64,000 nt of DNA from Azolla caroliniana (Eukaryota > Plantae > Polypodiophyta). The stretch is from NCBI GenBank assembly GCA_043228905.1, contig JBHGNT010000021.1, forward strand, positions 1,178,001 to 1,242,000, written 5' to 3'. Positions within the stretch are counted from its first letter, which is position 1. Each line of letters begins with the position of its first letter. Under the pieces are notes generated by a model. It searched no databases. It had not been told where the DNA came from and worked only from the letters and a program-made list of their open reading frames with translations. Of this stretch, positions 38,171 through 51,740 are shown piece after piece. The position numbers were made by a program, and so were the translations under genes.

Positions 38171-40939
38171 CTCTCTAACTATTTATCTCTCTCTCTCTCT
38201 CTCTCATCCCGATAACACCACAAGGACTCTCCGAAAGACCTAGACACCTTTGTATGACTCCATTGGAAACATAACTAAAATGACCACCCAAGCTTTTATG
38301 GAGTTTGCACCAGTAGCACCCTTGTTCGTGCTCACACATATATTGTATTAATATGTTTGCCAATACATAGTTCTCTACTTTACTATATGACAATATGGGT
38401 GGGGGGGTGTAGGTACTCAACAATCATATGAATTGAGCATCGATTTGTATTCATCTCGCTCTCAATGTGTATATATGTAGTATATGTAGTAGTGGAGCCT
38501 TGGATATGCTTATGGATAGGAATGAGCATGATACATCTTCGTTGCCATGAGTCCAGCCTTAGACATATATGCTTATGGATATCAATGAGTACAATATATG
38601 TCTTCATTGCCATCAACGAGACTACCAAAACATTTGTGTTATTTCTATATTAAATGGGTGTTAGTAATAAGTATGATGCGTTTTCTTATCATTTGCTTAA
38701 GCATTCACAAGTAAATCTTCACTCTCGCACGCCTTTGTTAACCATGGTGGTGGTATAGAACTCACAACCTAAATATCTTCAAAGAGTAGGCATGACTATC
38801 TCTCTATTTTTAAATTATCGAGGTTCTTTTAGGTGTAGTTGCGATCAAAGACAAATCTACCCTTTATGCTAGCTAATATGCTTGGTTTAAATTTAATCAT
38901 GTTTGTCCACTTATGTCTACAAAATTTGCAAGCCTACATCGATATGAAATGTATGGGATGTGTACATAATTGAGTCAACCTAATGCTTAAAACTTTGGAA
39001 GTCTGACTTAACATTGTGAGACCATCCTCCGTGTGCAAGCGAGCTTCAACAATCCATTACAACAAATTAGGAGAAGTGACAGCTCATAAACTCAAACCTT
39101 ACCAAAATTGCACATGAAACTCATATGCAATTTTTGACATCTTATATTCTCGTGTGGATATCATGTATTAGCGTTTGGACATACACGTGAGTCTCTTATG
39201 TTATGGAATTTAATGACTTTGTCCATGATTGCATTTTCTACTTAGATATGCAATCACAATGCTCGTATATATCTCACTTCAGGATTTAGTTGGGGTTCTC
39301 GTTTGTACTAGAACATGTTGACATAATTTTTTCGATTACCAAATTTATATCATACATGCACTCCCTACATGGAATTTTCTCATTTAAGCGGAGCATTTGA
39401 AATTGGATCGTGTATGTTGTCATTAATGATACATACAATTATTCATCCTCATACCACCAAAACAAAACAACCCAATCTTCAACCATGCAATATAGTCATA
39501 TTTCTATAGTTGCTATATAATTCAATGCAATTGCATGAATGACCATAACATCATAACACGTGAAAAAAGGATGTAGCATGCAACATCGCAAACTTTTAAA
39601 TAGATCATGTAATTGATTTCTACAAAGCAAGGTTTTATAGTGTTGACATCACGTGCTTACACAAGAAAATATTTTTTTCATTATCTTATCGACTATATAT
39701 AGACCAATTTAGTGATACTTTTAATGCTAGAAACCTTATAGCGCTAATAAAAAATCATTTTGTTATGTTACATTATTTTTTCTCAGCAATAATACACTAA
39801 TTCTTACATTGAATCTCCCTTAAACCATGAAGTACTTCTGACCCCATTCCCTTTGGAGGATATCGAGATTTACAACGATATTCAAATCCAAAATACAATG
39901 ACAATAAAAGATTGAGGTGTCAACCCACTCAAGCCTTTGTGTGTTCACCCATAATTATTGTAGATTTGATCTCCTAATACCTAAGCATAATATAATATAG
40001 TGCTCTTTTCCTTTTGTCCTCATGTTTTTCTCGTGTAGGAGGGACATTCATTGTGAATAATCTTAGCATACATTACATTATCACATGTTACAAGTGAAAG
40101 GAGACTTTTGTACCCGATCAAGATAATCATAAATTTACAATTAGGTATTGAGAAACCGTTGGTATAACAAATGCATGTGCAACCCTTGAGCTAGTTCAAA
40201 AAATAGGGCTTCTCAGACCTTTTTTTGTTCCTCCTACATTCGTGTGTGGGTCTTTTTTATCCATAACCATGAATGTACATTCTTTAAAGCTATTTTAATG
40301 TTTTTAAATCATACTACCAAAGCAAGTAAAAAAACTACTTACAACGACCATCTAGGCAAAGAAACTCACCGAAAACTAGGGAAGACACAATAACTTACTA
40401 AGAAGTTCCCAAAAATAAAGTTCCCTTAGAATTCAAGTATTCTCAATTTATTGAATAATTTCAACACCTAAACGAGCTTGAATCCACATTCAAGCATAAT
40501 ATAGAGTTTATAGACATTTCAAATTGCAAATTCATTCATAATATATGAATAATTTACAATAATTGCAATTGCTAAGGTAGACGTGTGAGGGCTTTTGCTA
40601 TTCGACATGTTGGTTGATGGTATGATGGTTATGTTTTCTTGTATGAGTTATTTGTAGCCTTTGTGCATCTTTCCATTAATACCAAGGTGAATCTTTTTAT
40701 TCAAAATACAATAAAAAATTACAATACTATATAAGAATATCAAGAGAATACATCATATTTTATTGCAGATAGCTCAATGCTAATAATATTCACACAACTA
40801 AACATAAGGATTTCGCTTGTCCCTTCCAAAATTGAAATCAAGATTTTACAAGAGTCATAATCCAAAATTTGATCGTTAGAATAAATGGGTGGTCCAAACC
40901 AACTAGAACTAGACAATTTCAAGGTGAATACAATACGTG

Positions 40940-41567
40940 TTAAGATTCATGATAGCACTTTACAACTTATTAGGAAAAAAGATTATCTTGTGTAAGTTAT
41001 TAAAGAAAAAAAACTAAATACACACAATACATCACCAAAAATGGTATGTGGAAAACCCCCAAGGGGAAATAAACAACCATGGGACCAAGTCCAGAAATAA
41101 TTCACTATCAACAGGTACATTTTGTACACCAAAGTTTTACTCTAAAAAGACTAGAGCACTATGCCAAGAGGAAAATAATAACTTAAAAAACCTAGCCAAC
41201 AAGACAAAACAGACCACCAAAAACTCACAACATGTAGCTAGTAATGGAGGCGGTGCTGTTCAAGATGTTGGTGTCTTATTGATGTACTCCAAGGCACAGA
41301 TGGAGAAGGCAAAGAAGCTTAATATGTGCTCTTGAAAATTCTGTTCTGCACTCTTACAGAAATCTGCCTATTTTTCTCCCTTTTTCTTACTTTTAAAAGT
41401 GAGTATACATATAAGTGTGACCCTTTTCATGTTATATTAAAATAATGACATTTGGGCATCCATGGCCCATTCACACGTAAAGACGTGGCCAGAAATACTA
41501 TCAATATGTCATGTATGATATTTGGTACATGTGCACATCACACAAGTGCAATATGTTAGTGCCAACA
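40940..41567 (-). mobile_element. Degenerate LTR-like relic
   Basis: gtggaaaacccc...aattcacta block as in the Copia LTRs of this window; ends ...GCCAACA. No TSD found. Confidence 0.4.
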
Positions 41568-42189
41568 TCATATGCCAAATTGTATTAAAAAATTGTTTCT
41601 AAGGTCATCACCCATCAATTGCCATAGACAACATATTGAACTAGCCCACATTAATAGAGATGATTGACAATGAAAGAAACAAAGTGGACAAGAACAAAAT
41701 TTCAACAACTTTGAAACATGGATCAATTCTAATGCTCCACTAATATGCCACAATATATTGCCATGTGGGAATACTACTCAATCCGCACACATGGTTCCTG
41801 CTCAAATCTAGGACTTGTTTGTCAAAATTATAAACCCTGAACTGGCTTTTACCAGAGCAATGCTACATTTGCCATTGACCTAGTTTATCATGAAATTTGA
41901 GGGAAGGAGACCTATATTTGAAATGGTCGGAACCTCTACATAGAGTGCTATGTTTTTCACAGAAGTCTTATTGATGGACATGAGAGCTTTAAATTCACTT
42001 ACCTGAAGAGCACTCATCACTTACTTCAATGGCACCTCAAGGATTTCAATAGATCTTTTTTTGCCTATCCAAAGATGAAAATTTGCTCATCTTGTCTTTG
42101 CATGAAGCATTTGCTTTACACACTTCCATCTCAAAATGTAGAATCTCGATGGATATGAGCTTTGATTCTATCCGCCTCTCAAGAATGGC

Positions 42190-42510
42190 ACATATCTATT
42201 CTCCATGTAGACAACAATCTCATCTTGAACCATTCTTCCCCTCATTCTATCTGTGCCTGTCAAGCTGATGCACAGATATTCTCCATGTAGACAATCTCAT
42301 CTCAAACCATTTTCCCTTCCATAGCAAAATGCAGTATCCCTACATATTCTATATTCTTTTCTTGTTGATTTATACATATTTTCCATGTAGACATATGCAG
42401 CTGCACAATTTTCATCCAACAATAACGAATGCTAAACTGCCCAACTCCCAACCTAACATTCCTCCATTTTCTGTAAGAACCCAATAAATTAAGGAATAGT
42501 GGAAGAACGT
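42190..42510 (-). repeat. Degenerate duplicates of the PPR C-terminal (E-domain) coding sequence
   Basis: 42370-42507 copies 42550-42687 at a 180-bp offset with a frameshift; short attctccatgtagacaa copies at ~42198 and ~42278. Confidence 0.85.
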
Positions 42511-42539
42511 TAGTATGAAGCCTCACATCTATTTTTCTT

Positions 42540-44747
42540 TTAAGTTGACGCATATATATTCTCCATGTAGACATATGCAGCTGCACACTTTTCATCCAAC
42601 AATAATGAATGCTCAAATGCCCATCTCCCAAACCTAACATTCCTCCATTTTCTGCAAGAACCCAATATACTAAGAAATAGTGGAAGATGATTAGGATGTG
42701 ATACCTTGCCAAGCATGCACTTCACTTTGTCAAACCGTCCAACCCGGCCAAATAGGTCAACCATACAGGTGTAGTGTTCTAGTGTCGGAGTGAGATGATA
42801 AACAAACATTTCATCAAATATCTTCTCTCCCTCCTTCACTAAGCCTGCATGACTGCATGCGCTCAACAAAACAACAAATGTAACCAAATTCGGCATAACA
42901 TCTTTTGACACCATTCTTCTATAGAGGTTCAAAACCACATTAGCATGACCCAATTGGGCATGTCCAGATATGAGGGCACTCCAAGACACCACATCCTTCA
43001 CTGGAATCTGCTCAAACATTTCACGTGCTTTATCCAATGCACCACATTTGGAATACATGTCCACCAATGCATTGCCAACCATAACATTTTTTTCCAGTAA
43101 ACCTTGCTTCCTTACCTCGATCTCTATAACACTCCCCATCTCCAAAGACCCCACAATGCCACAAGCTTTCAAAGTGCATACATAAGTTATCACATCAAGC
43201 CTAACTCCTGTGTCTCGCATCTGCCCAACGCATTTCAACGCTTCATGACCGAGCCCATTTTGAGCATATCCAGCAATCAGGGCATTCCAAGATACGATAT
43301 CTTTCACTGGTAGCAGCTCAAATACTTCTCGTGCTTTGTCCATTGCATCACATTTGGAGTACATATCCACTAATGCATTGCCAAGAACATGCGCTTTGTG
43401 TAATAGTCCTTGTTTCCGAATCTCAATGTCTATATTTTCGCCGACCTTTCGAGACCCCACAATCCCACAAGCTTTCAGAACACAAATATATGTTACGACA
43501 TCTGGAGTGACTCTAGCATCTTGCATCTCCCTGTAGCATTCCAATGCTTCATTACCGAGCCCATGTTCAACATATCCGGTCATGATGGCACTCCAGGATA
43601 CAACATTCCGAACCTGAAGTCGTTTGAACACTTCTCGGGCTTTCTCTAGCGCACCACATTTAGAATACATGTCCACTAGTGCAGTGCCGAGCACAACATT
43701 TTTCTCCAATAACCCTTGCTTTCTGACCTCTGCCTCTATCTCTTCCCCAACCTTGAGAGACCCCACAATGCCACAAGCTTTCAAAACACTCACAGAAGTC
43801 ACCACATTTGGACAAACTCCAGCAACTCGCATTTGTCTGAAACATTGCAATGCTTCATCACCGAGACCATTTTGGGCATATCCTGCAATGAGGGCACTCC
43901 AGGACACAACATCTCGTTCTGGAAGTTGTTCAAACATTTCTCGTGCTTTATCTATCTCACCACACTTAAAATACATGTCCATCAATGCGGTGCCAAGCAC
44001 CACGTCTTTTTTCAATAACCCTTGCTTTCTGACCTCAACCTCAACAACTTCCCCAATCTCTAACGACCCGAGCACACCACATGCTTTCAAAACACATACA
44101 TAAGTTACTGCATCAGGGAGGATTCTCGCATCTTGCATATGTTCAAAACATTCCAATGTTTCAACAGCAAAGCCATTCCGAACATATCCGGCTATGAGGG
44201 CATTCCAGGACACAACATCTCGGCTTTGAATTTGATCGAACACTTCTCGAGCTTTCTCCATTACACCACATTTGGCATATGTGGTAATTAGGGCAGTGGC
44301 AATATAAGCATCTTTTACGATTAACCTTTTCTCAATTATAATATCATGTATTCTCCTCGCTTTCCATATGTTCTTCTCTCTCCCGCATGACTTTATTGTA
44401 TTTAAAAGCTGAATACGATCGCAAAAATGAGATGCTGGTAGATAATCTTGATAGTCATCAGCTAATTTACCATTAGAGCTGACAGAATTGAGCTCTTTCA
44501 ATCTGGTTTTGGCAAAAGGTGGATGTTTCAGGCCATGGATCCAAAAGGTCTTCTCTGCTTGCTTGTGTATGTATGAAGACAAGGGATATAGGGTGGTTTC
44601 TCTGTGATGCGGTATAAGTAAAACACGATTAGGTTATCTAAAACAGAAACACGTGAAGATGAAGCTTCAACCTTACCTCGGTGTGTCGGGTGTTACTGCA
44701 AAAGTCGTATTATCGCAGGGTTGTTTATGTGGAGAGCAAGGATTCAT
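42540..44747 (-). CDS. PLS-class pentatricopeptide repeat protein (putative organellar RNA-editing specificity factor), E-type C-terminus, no DYW; predicted exons 44747-44677 and 44601-42540
   Basis: About 5 triplets of ~101 aa (TALVDMYSKCG / DVVSWSALIAGY / VTYVCVLKACG), then EHYTCMVDLFGRVG and the E-like LSILGSCRKWRNV. A 71-nt ATG exon joined through a 75-nt GT-AG intron is in frame with the long ORF (the 5' exon is inferred). Confidence 0.9.
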
Positions 44748-45685
44748 GGTTTCTTCCTACTCCGTATTTTGTGTAGAATTATATATGTACATAATACACT
44801 CCAGCATGGAGAGAGAAGGGCACAGCTGTAATTAGATAAAACCTCTTGGTAATGTTTCCATAGGTGAGAGAGAGACTACATATAGATATAGATTATTAGA
44901 TAGATAGATAGATAGAGATTTATGGATAATTACGGGCCTGCCCCTCCTATATTATTTAATTGATTAGCACTATAACATCACTTGCCCGCACATACCGGTT
45001 GAGTAATACATCTCACAAATATCGCCTTCTCATTCGTCCAAACGTGCACACATATTACCGCTTTGTCCTTGCATGCTTCAAAACTATATATTTTCCAACT
45101 CATTATGCTCCATAAATCGATCCATTTGTTAAGGCTCGCATTGCCCCGATGTATAATGCGGAACATACCTTGTATGCTCGAATATCCCTTTTTTCGGTTT
45201 GTTATTCCACGAAAATATATTTGCATTAATAGTAATATTGGTTGCACACTTTGCATGAATATAACACGACTGACTTAACGATTACAACTGTATCAGGCTG
45301 ACTAGTGTCAAGTGACATGGGAGGAGTATATATGTATACTAGTATTGCTCGTAATGCTAATCGATGCATAAAAATCAAGTCGCTCTATTCACAACAATGA
45401 GTATGAAACTAAATCGAGGCATTAATCATCATGCTAAAACGATCGTGTAGATGGATCGAATGAACAAATGGTGATGATTTGCCCGAATTATAATATATAG
45501 TGGAGTGTTAATTAACATTAACATCAGGATTAAGTGCAACAGCCCTACAATTAAGAGGAAATATACAGGAAAAGGGTAAGGGGACTGTAAATATGTATGT
45601 ATATCTACCCTCCCTCCCTGCTCAAAACCCTAACCCCTTCAAATCACATAATAGCCTTACAGATAATTGAATCGAGCAGAGAGCA

Positions 45686-48600
45686 ATGGCGAGGAAGGAG
45701 AGAAAATCGCCTGAGTTCCTTCATCTGCTCGCAGAAAGCGTTTCTTCCATCCATGACACTCTCACGGTAAGCTTTATACATATCTATCTGTATGCACATG
45801 AGACAGAGATGATCTATATTCATATATATATGTACGTACATCTGAGAGGGAGAGAGATGACGGAAGGTGATGTTCGATTAACGGCCACGATGGAGAGAAA
45901 TAATTATGATGATATAGTAACATCCACGGGGTTCCAACATGACCCATGAGATCGACAATCTTCAGAAAGCACTCTCTCCCCAGCCATGCTGATGGTGGAT
46001 TTTAAAACAGTTGAACATAACAAACACAAGAAAACCCAGAAATGAAAAACTAGACCTGTTTGGCTATGTGGTCGTGTAAAAAGCATTCCCAGTGTTCTGT
46101 CTGCATCAACAGTTCTTTAAAGCTCGTGTAAACTTATATCAACTCTTGAGCATTATGCCTGGTTTCTTGATATTGGGGCATTCCAAAGCTACATGTGCTT
46201 CTGATTCTTGTAATTTGATGAAACATTGGTGAGCTTTTCCCTTTTCTGCTTAGTATTTCCTCGTAGCCAATACCCAGTTTTTATTCTCAATGTGTCTGAG
46301 CTCATGTGCGCCAGCATGATGCCACATCTCACTTGCTTAGAAATGAGTGTCCAGATGTGGGCTTGGATGTCGGCCAACCACCCTCGATAAATTTCCATAT
46401 AGTGAGCATTAGTACTGCCGCAATAATACTTGAACTTTGGCCGTTCTCCTTTTTCTTTGGATGGCGTCACATTTGGCTGAATAAAACATGGACGCATGTC
46501 TCATTCTCTTTTCTTTTCCTCTACTGGTATATATTGAAAGTAAGGAGATTGCCTCCCCAAGGCTGTATGGAAAGTTATGGAGTATGGGGGTTGTGCTCTG
46601 AACCTCTAAAAATGATGGCATTGAAATTTCTTTTGTATTTTCTATATTTCATTCCATATTCTTTTCGAAATACTTCCTCCCCAAACCTAAGCTCCATCAA
46701 ACAAATTTTGCACCACACTTGCATCAAGTACGATTGCTTGTGTCCCATCTTTGTGTTCTGCACAAGTGGCACGTGCTCTCAAATAAGAATTATTGGGCTT
46801 TGCTGGGCTGCACAGTACACAATGGGCTGCTGACTTCAAGATTTGACAGTATTTATCTCCATGACATTGATCTTGGCTACATCAACTGGTTGAGTAGGTA
46901 TGCCAATTTTGAGGTATTTGTAACCACTTCAATTTCCTCTTTTTCACAGTACACTATGGGTTGCTGTTTTCAAGTTTTGACAGTATTTACCACAATGACT
47001 TTGATCTTGGCTACATCAACTGGTAGGTCACTATGCTTACAGAAAGAATAGATTGTATCTAAAGGCATTTGCATCTCGTATGAGAGTATTGCAAAAGTGC
47101 AAAATTGTCTGCATAAATCAGAAGCAATTGGAAACATCCAGTAGCTATTTTTCCCCATTTTCTCGTAACATTTGTTGGAGGAACTTTTCTAATTATTCAA
47201 CAGGTAGATCAAATAGTGTAGTTGATAGTGTGCATGAGTACGCCATGAAAGTTTCAACCCCATGGTGCTCGTAAACTTCATAGAATTTATGTCCCTTGAA
47301 AGTATTATGCAACATCTACTCTTTAAATGTCTGCTTTGCTGTGGACCAGTTGCAAGTATGCGTGAGATTCATTGGATCTCATTATTCCATGCATCTTAGT
47401 GAATGGATTGTAGCATCTTACAACTAAAAAGAGAGGGAAATAACATATTCTTAGAAAGATTTGTCCTTATTTCATAGCTTAAAAATTTAAGACATAATTA
47501 TTAACTGTGATGAAAGCAAGATACCTTTTTGTGCATTAACACATATATAATTAGAGACACAAGCACAAAAGAGAGAAGCGACAAGTGTACAATTAAAAAG
47601 AAAGGGAAATAGTGTAATTTTGAAAGATTTGTCCTTATTTTTGTAGCTTCACATACATTAGCGAGGGTTGAAATTTCAAGACATTAGGCTTAACTTTGAT
47701 AAAAGCCATTAGCGAGGGTTGAAATTTTAAGACATAAATATTAACTTTGATGAAAGCATGCATTAACGCATATATAAGTAGAGATACAAGTACAAAAGAG
47801 AGAAGTCAAAATTGTACCTGATATTTCCACATTGAGAAATTTAGGTATTTAAGAGCACACATTCAATATATCCATTAGCAAAGCAAGAAATAGACATAAC
47901 ACTAGAAACATAGAAACTCTACTCCAAGGGCTGAGGTGCTGTGCTCTAAAACTATGATACAAATCACAATACCATTTAATCTTTGTTCAAATCAGGTTAC
48001 AAAGTCCTTAAGTATGCTGCATTCTAAGCTTGAGCCGGGGATTAATGATGCCATCGCATTTTAATTTGAGCTTGGCTAACCATTTATTGAGTGTTCACTA
48101 ATGCAAAAATATTTCTTGTTCGAGAATTGATGACTATCGAAATGGTTAATCATTGAACAGCTTGACCCTCTTTCTTTGAAGGGCTCATACTCCTACATGT
48201 ATGTGCCTCTGGATCTTATGGTAACTTCTTCTAAAAGCATATGATCCATTGCTTTTTTAAGTATGGTGAAATCTCTTGAAAAAGGGAAAAACCATATGTG
48301 AAGATTGCCATATGAAATGCCTTATTGTATGTTAGATTTTGTCATAAACACTGGATAGATTTTTATACAACAGACAATGTGTAAGGGTTTCTCCATGCAG
48401 CTTTCTGAGTGTGATTGTACTCTGCAGTTGTTTAAAGATCCTGCTCCTATAGGAGCAAAGAAGGTTGAATGGGAAGAAGTTATAGGTGCTGCTGATGGTA
48501 TTGCCAAACATGCCACAACTAGTAAGTAGGCGCACCATTTGTATTCAACAGTGAGTGCTTATGAGTCTAAATTCATTTTAATACGTTTACTTTCACCTAA

Positions 48601-49978
48601 CAAAGCTCTCATATATTTGTTAAATTTATTTTAGTACGTTTACTCAAACTATACTCGGGACATGTCCCATCATATGCAGCTGGAATCTTGTGGAAGGCAA
48701 AACTTGCCAAAAAGGAGGGTGTAGAAAATATTGAGTCTTATACTCGAGCATTGCAAGGCTTTTTGCTGTTTTGCCATGGAAGCACAGTTGGAGCAGGAAC
48801 CACTCTGCTCACCTTTGTGGATCTTGCTGCCAGACAGGTAGCAAATGCAAGTATAAATCTGTTGAGGGGAGTAGTCGCCACTAAAGCAGGTAATTGGCTG
48901 ACATAGTACACTCTTTGATTGCTTAATGTATTCTATAGAAGCGTGGTTTAGTAAAGAGAAGGGTGCCCCTCAACAATTGTATCTTATCATTTGTTAAGGC
49001 ACACACGTACTTGTTTTGTCTCATTGGATGGTTTTGGACTCTAGTTGTAAACAAAACATTTCTATATTCCCTTCCTTTGTTCAAGCGTTCACAGTGCTAT
49101 ATGTGTAGCTAATGAGAGTATCTGCATTTGTTTCACAACAGCATGGAAGGTGTTTTAATAATTCAGGAATACCTTGAATAGTTTTTTTATTAAATTATTT
49201 ATGTTTACTTTGGTTTGTTCTCTTCAAGGTGAACATTTCAGATGTGTCTCTCGTTTGGTCTCATAGGCCATTTCGGCATCTACTCACAGACATTTGCATA
49301 TCTTTCTCCCCAGGAACTGTGAGCAGTGAGCAGGAGATTGATATTCCAGTACTAGTTGGGCGTGTTTGGGAAGCTTGTGAAGCAGTTAAAAAAACACCCT
49401 CTAGCAACCATGTTGCTATTGGCCGAAGCTTGACTCAAGTCGCAATATCCATTAAGGATGTTCTTCGAGAAATTGATGAATTTAAACAAGCCCCTGAGAA
49501 GTGCTCACTAGATGCAGCTAATGACATCAACAATGAAAATGAGGCTAGTTCTTCAGATGAAAATGAGTTTAGTGAGGAGTTAACAGCAACAGAGATGCAA
49601 GTTGTGCGTTCAGTTAAAGACTTTGTATTTGCCCTATTGAGCTTGTTGAAGCAGCTTCTGTACATTGTTGCGGCTGTAGCAAAACCACCACTTGATAGGA
49701 CGAATAATACCAATGTATTAGAGAAGCTTCTAGAGCTGAGCAAAGACTTGGGGATAGGTGTAGATGAATTAGGGGCTTCTCTCTATCCACCACAAGAGAT
49801 TGAAGTGCTTCAGCAAAGAGTTCAAGAGATAGAGGGTTTGATTGAAAGCTTGCAAGGTGAAGTCTTTTCTATGATCAATGAATCTGTGCCGGAATCCTTC
49901 ATTTCTGCATTCATTGCTTGCAAAGGGGCTGTTGTCTCCTTGACAAAGATCCTCGATGCTTCTGGTGATTTTCCATGA
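45686..49978 (+). CDS. GCIP/cyclin-D1-binding protein family (CCNDBP1-like), 349 aa; exons 45686-45766, 48428-48521, 48680-48889, 49314-49978
   Basis: Motifs LQGFLLFCHGSTVGAG, VGRVWEACEAVKKTP.SNHVAIGR.LTQVAISIKDVLRE and DELGASLYPPQE are characteristic of plant GCIP-domain proteins. GT-AG junctions are in frame (1050 nt). Confidence 0.88.
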
Positions 49979-51740
49979 GAAATCCTTTATCAAAATTCTG
50001 GTTTGAGCTAATACAAATGCAAGATTGATCAAAACCATTTACCTGAGTTTTGGTCTCAACTACATGTCTGAGATGCTTTCTCGAAGATCATTGATATTTC
50101 CAAACTGGTCATTACTCAAGTCATTCCTCATGTCTGCCCTTGTAGACTTGAGCTCAAATCCTGCACTCTAAGCAAGCTGAACTGGAAGCAATAAGAAGTG
50201 TTACAATCCTATGTAACTTTTCGCCATTTCCTTCTTATCAACCGAATCTGCATCATGCTTCAGTTACTTTTCACTGTTCACATGTAATTATTATCCATAC
50301 TCCTATATTTTGATGATTCAGCATGGTTTAGTCATATTACATTCTTACTGGAATCCAGAATTCAGATGCCTTGCCCACTTTCTTTGTTGTATGCTCATGT
50401 ATTCTGTCCTTTTCCTCAAAACATTACTGTCATCATCATTGTTAGTTGAATTTGCAAAATACAAGATGCAAATTAAATGTGAAGGCATCCTCTGGCTACA
50501 TGAGAAATGATGAGAGAAGATTTCACAAACACGAAAAACTAGTCCTTTTTCTGACAAAATGATATAATAAATGATTATTGCAAAATCCTTGTCATTGTAT
50601 TATAAGATTGGGTTCAGAGTCAGAAATTTTAGAGGAAAAGGAAAAAAAATGGTCATCACGACTGAGAAATTGATTGGTTTCAATTGGATTACAACCAATA
50701 AGACAAATCTTATTATAAAATTGGTCGGTTTCAGAGTATCAGAGATTTTAGATGAAATGGAAAAGAATCACGATAGTGAAGACTAGAGATATTCATTATT
50801 GTTATATCTGCTCTCCACAGTAATTTCTATATCTAGATTAGTGCCAATCATACTATTGTTGTCTTTTTCACCCCTTGGAAACTTGTTTTGAATTATTGGC
50901 TCTTATACATGATGTACTCTTTGTATCCCACCTATGCCTGTATATTGCATCTGCAAGATTTTTCTAACCTTTATAAAGAACGAACTATCCGCCCTGACGC
51001 TTGAAACACACATATAATGTCATTAAGACATGCACTTCCTGTGTAATTTTGCACTATTAATATTAACCTTCATAGAAAGCCTGATACAGTGGTGACTACA
51101 ATTCAGATGAACTATTTGCAAAGTGCTCCCATAGACTTCTTACACAAATATAACTTTCAGATCTTAGAAATATTCATATTCAGCCTTATAAAACATGATA
51201 CAGATACAGAAGTCACTAATATCCATGGGGTGTACTCGGAGTGTGCTGCCATGGGCTTCTTACTCAAATCAGACACTCAGAGAACCATCAACCCAAATTC
51301 TACGCATATCCAAAATTTCATAAAGATATGAGAAAAACAACCTCAGTCATACAAAAGCATTATACAAGTCAGCTAGGATTTTTTACATCGTCAATTCACT
51401 TTCAAACAACTTTAGATTTCCCTGTTGGGAACTGTTCCATGCTGATACTAGCAGATCAAATTCAAGAGTAAAAATACTTAAATGATTTTGCAGCATTAGA
51501 TCACAGATGCTGGTTCTGAAAAAATAACTACACACATTCCACTCATCTAATCTTATTTTCAAGGACAAGATTAGCAATTACACATGGTACAATGTATTTC
51601 ATTCACATGAAGCCATTAAGCTCATGCAACATATAGGACTTCAAAGAATACCATCAAGGTAACATGCTGTACGGCAGTATCATTAAATGATTGCGATAAG
51701 AGAAAACTTGCACGTGGTAAGCACATGAAATCCAGCCTCA

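Noticed and set aside
46810-47830. Short duplications in GCIP intron 1
   Set aside because: Ordinary diverged local duplications with no structural or coding signal.
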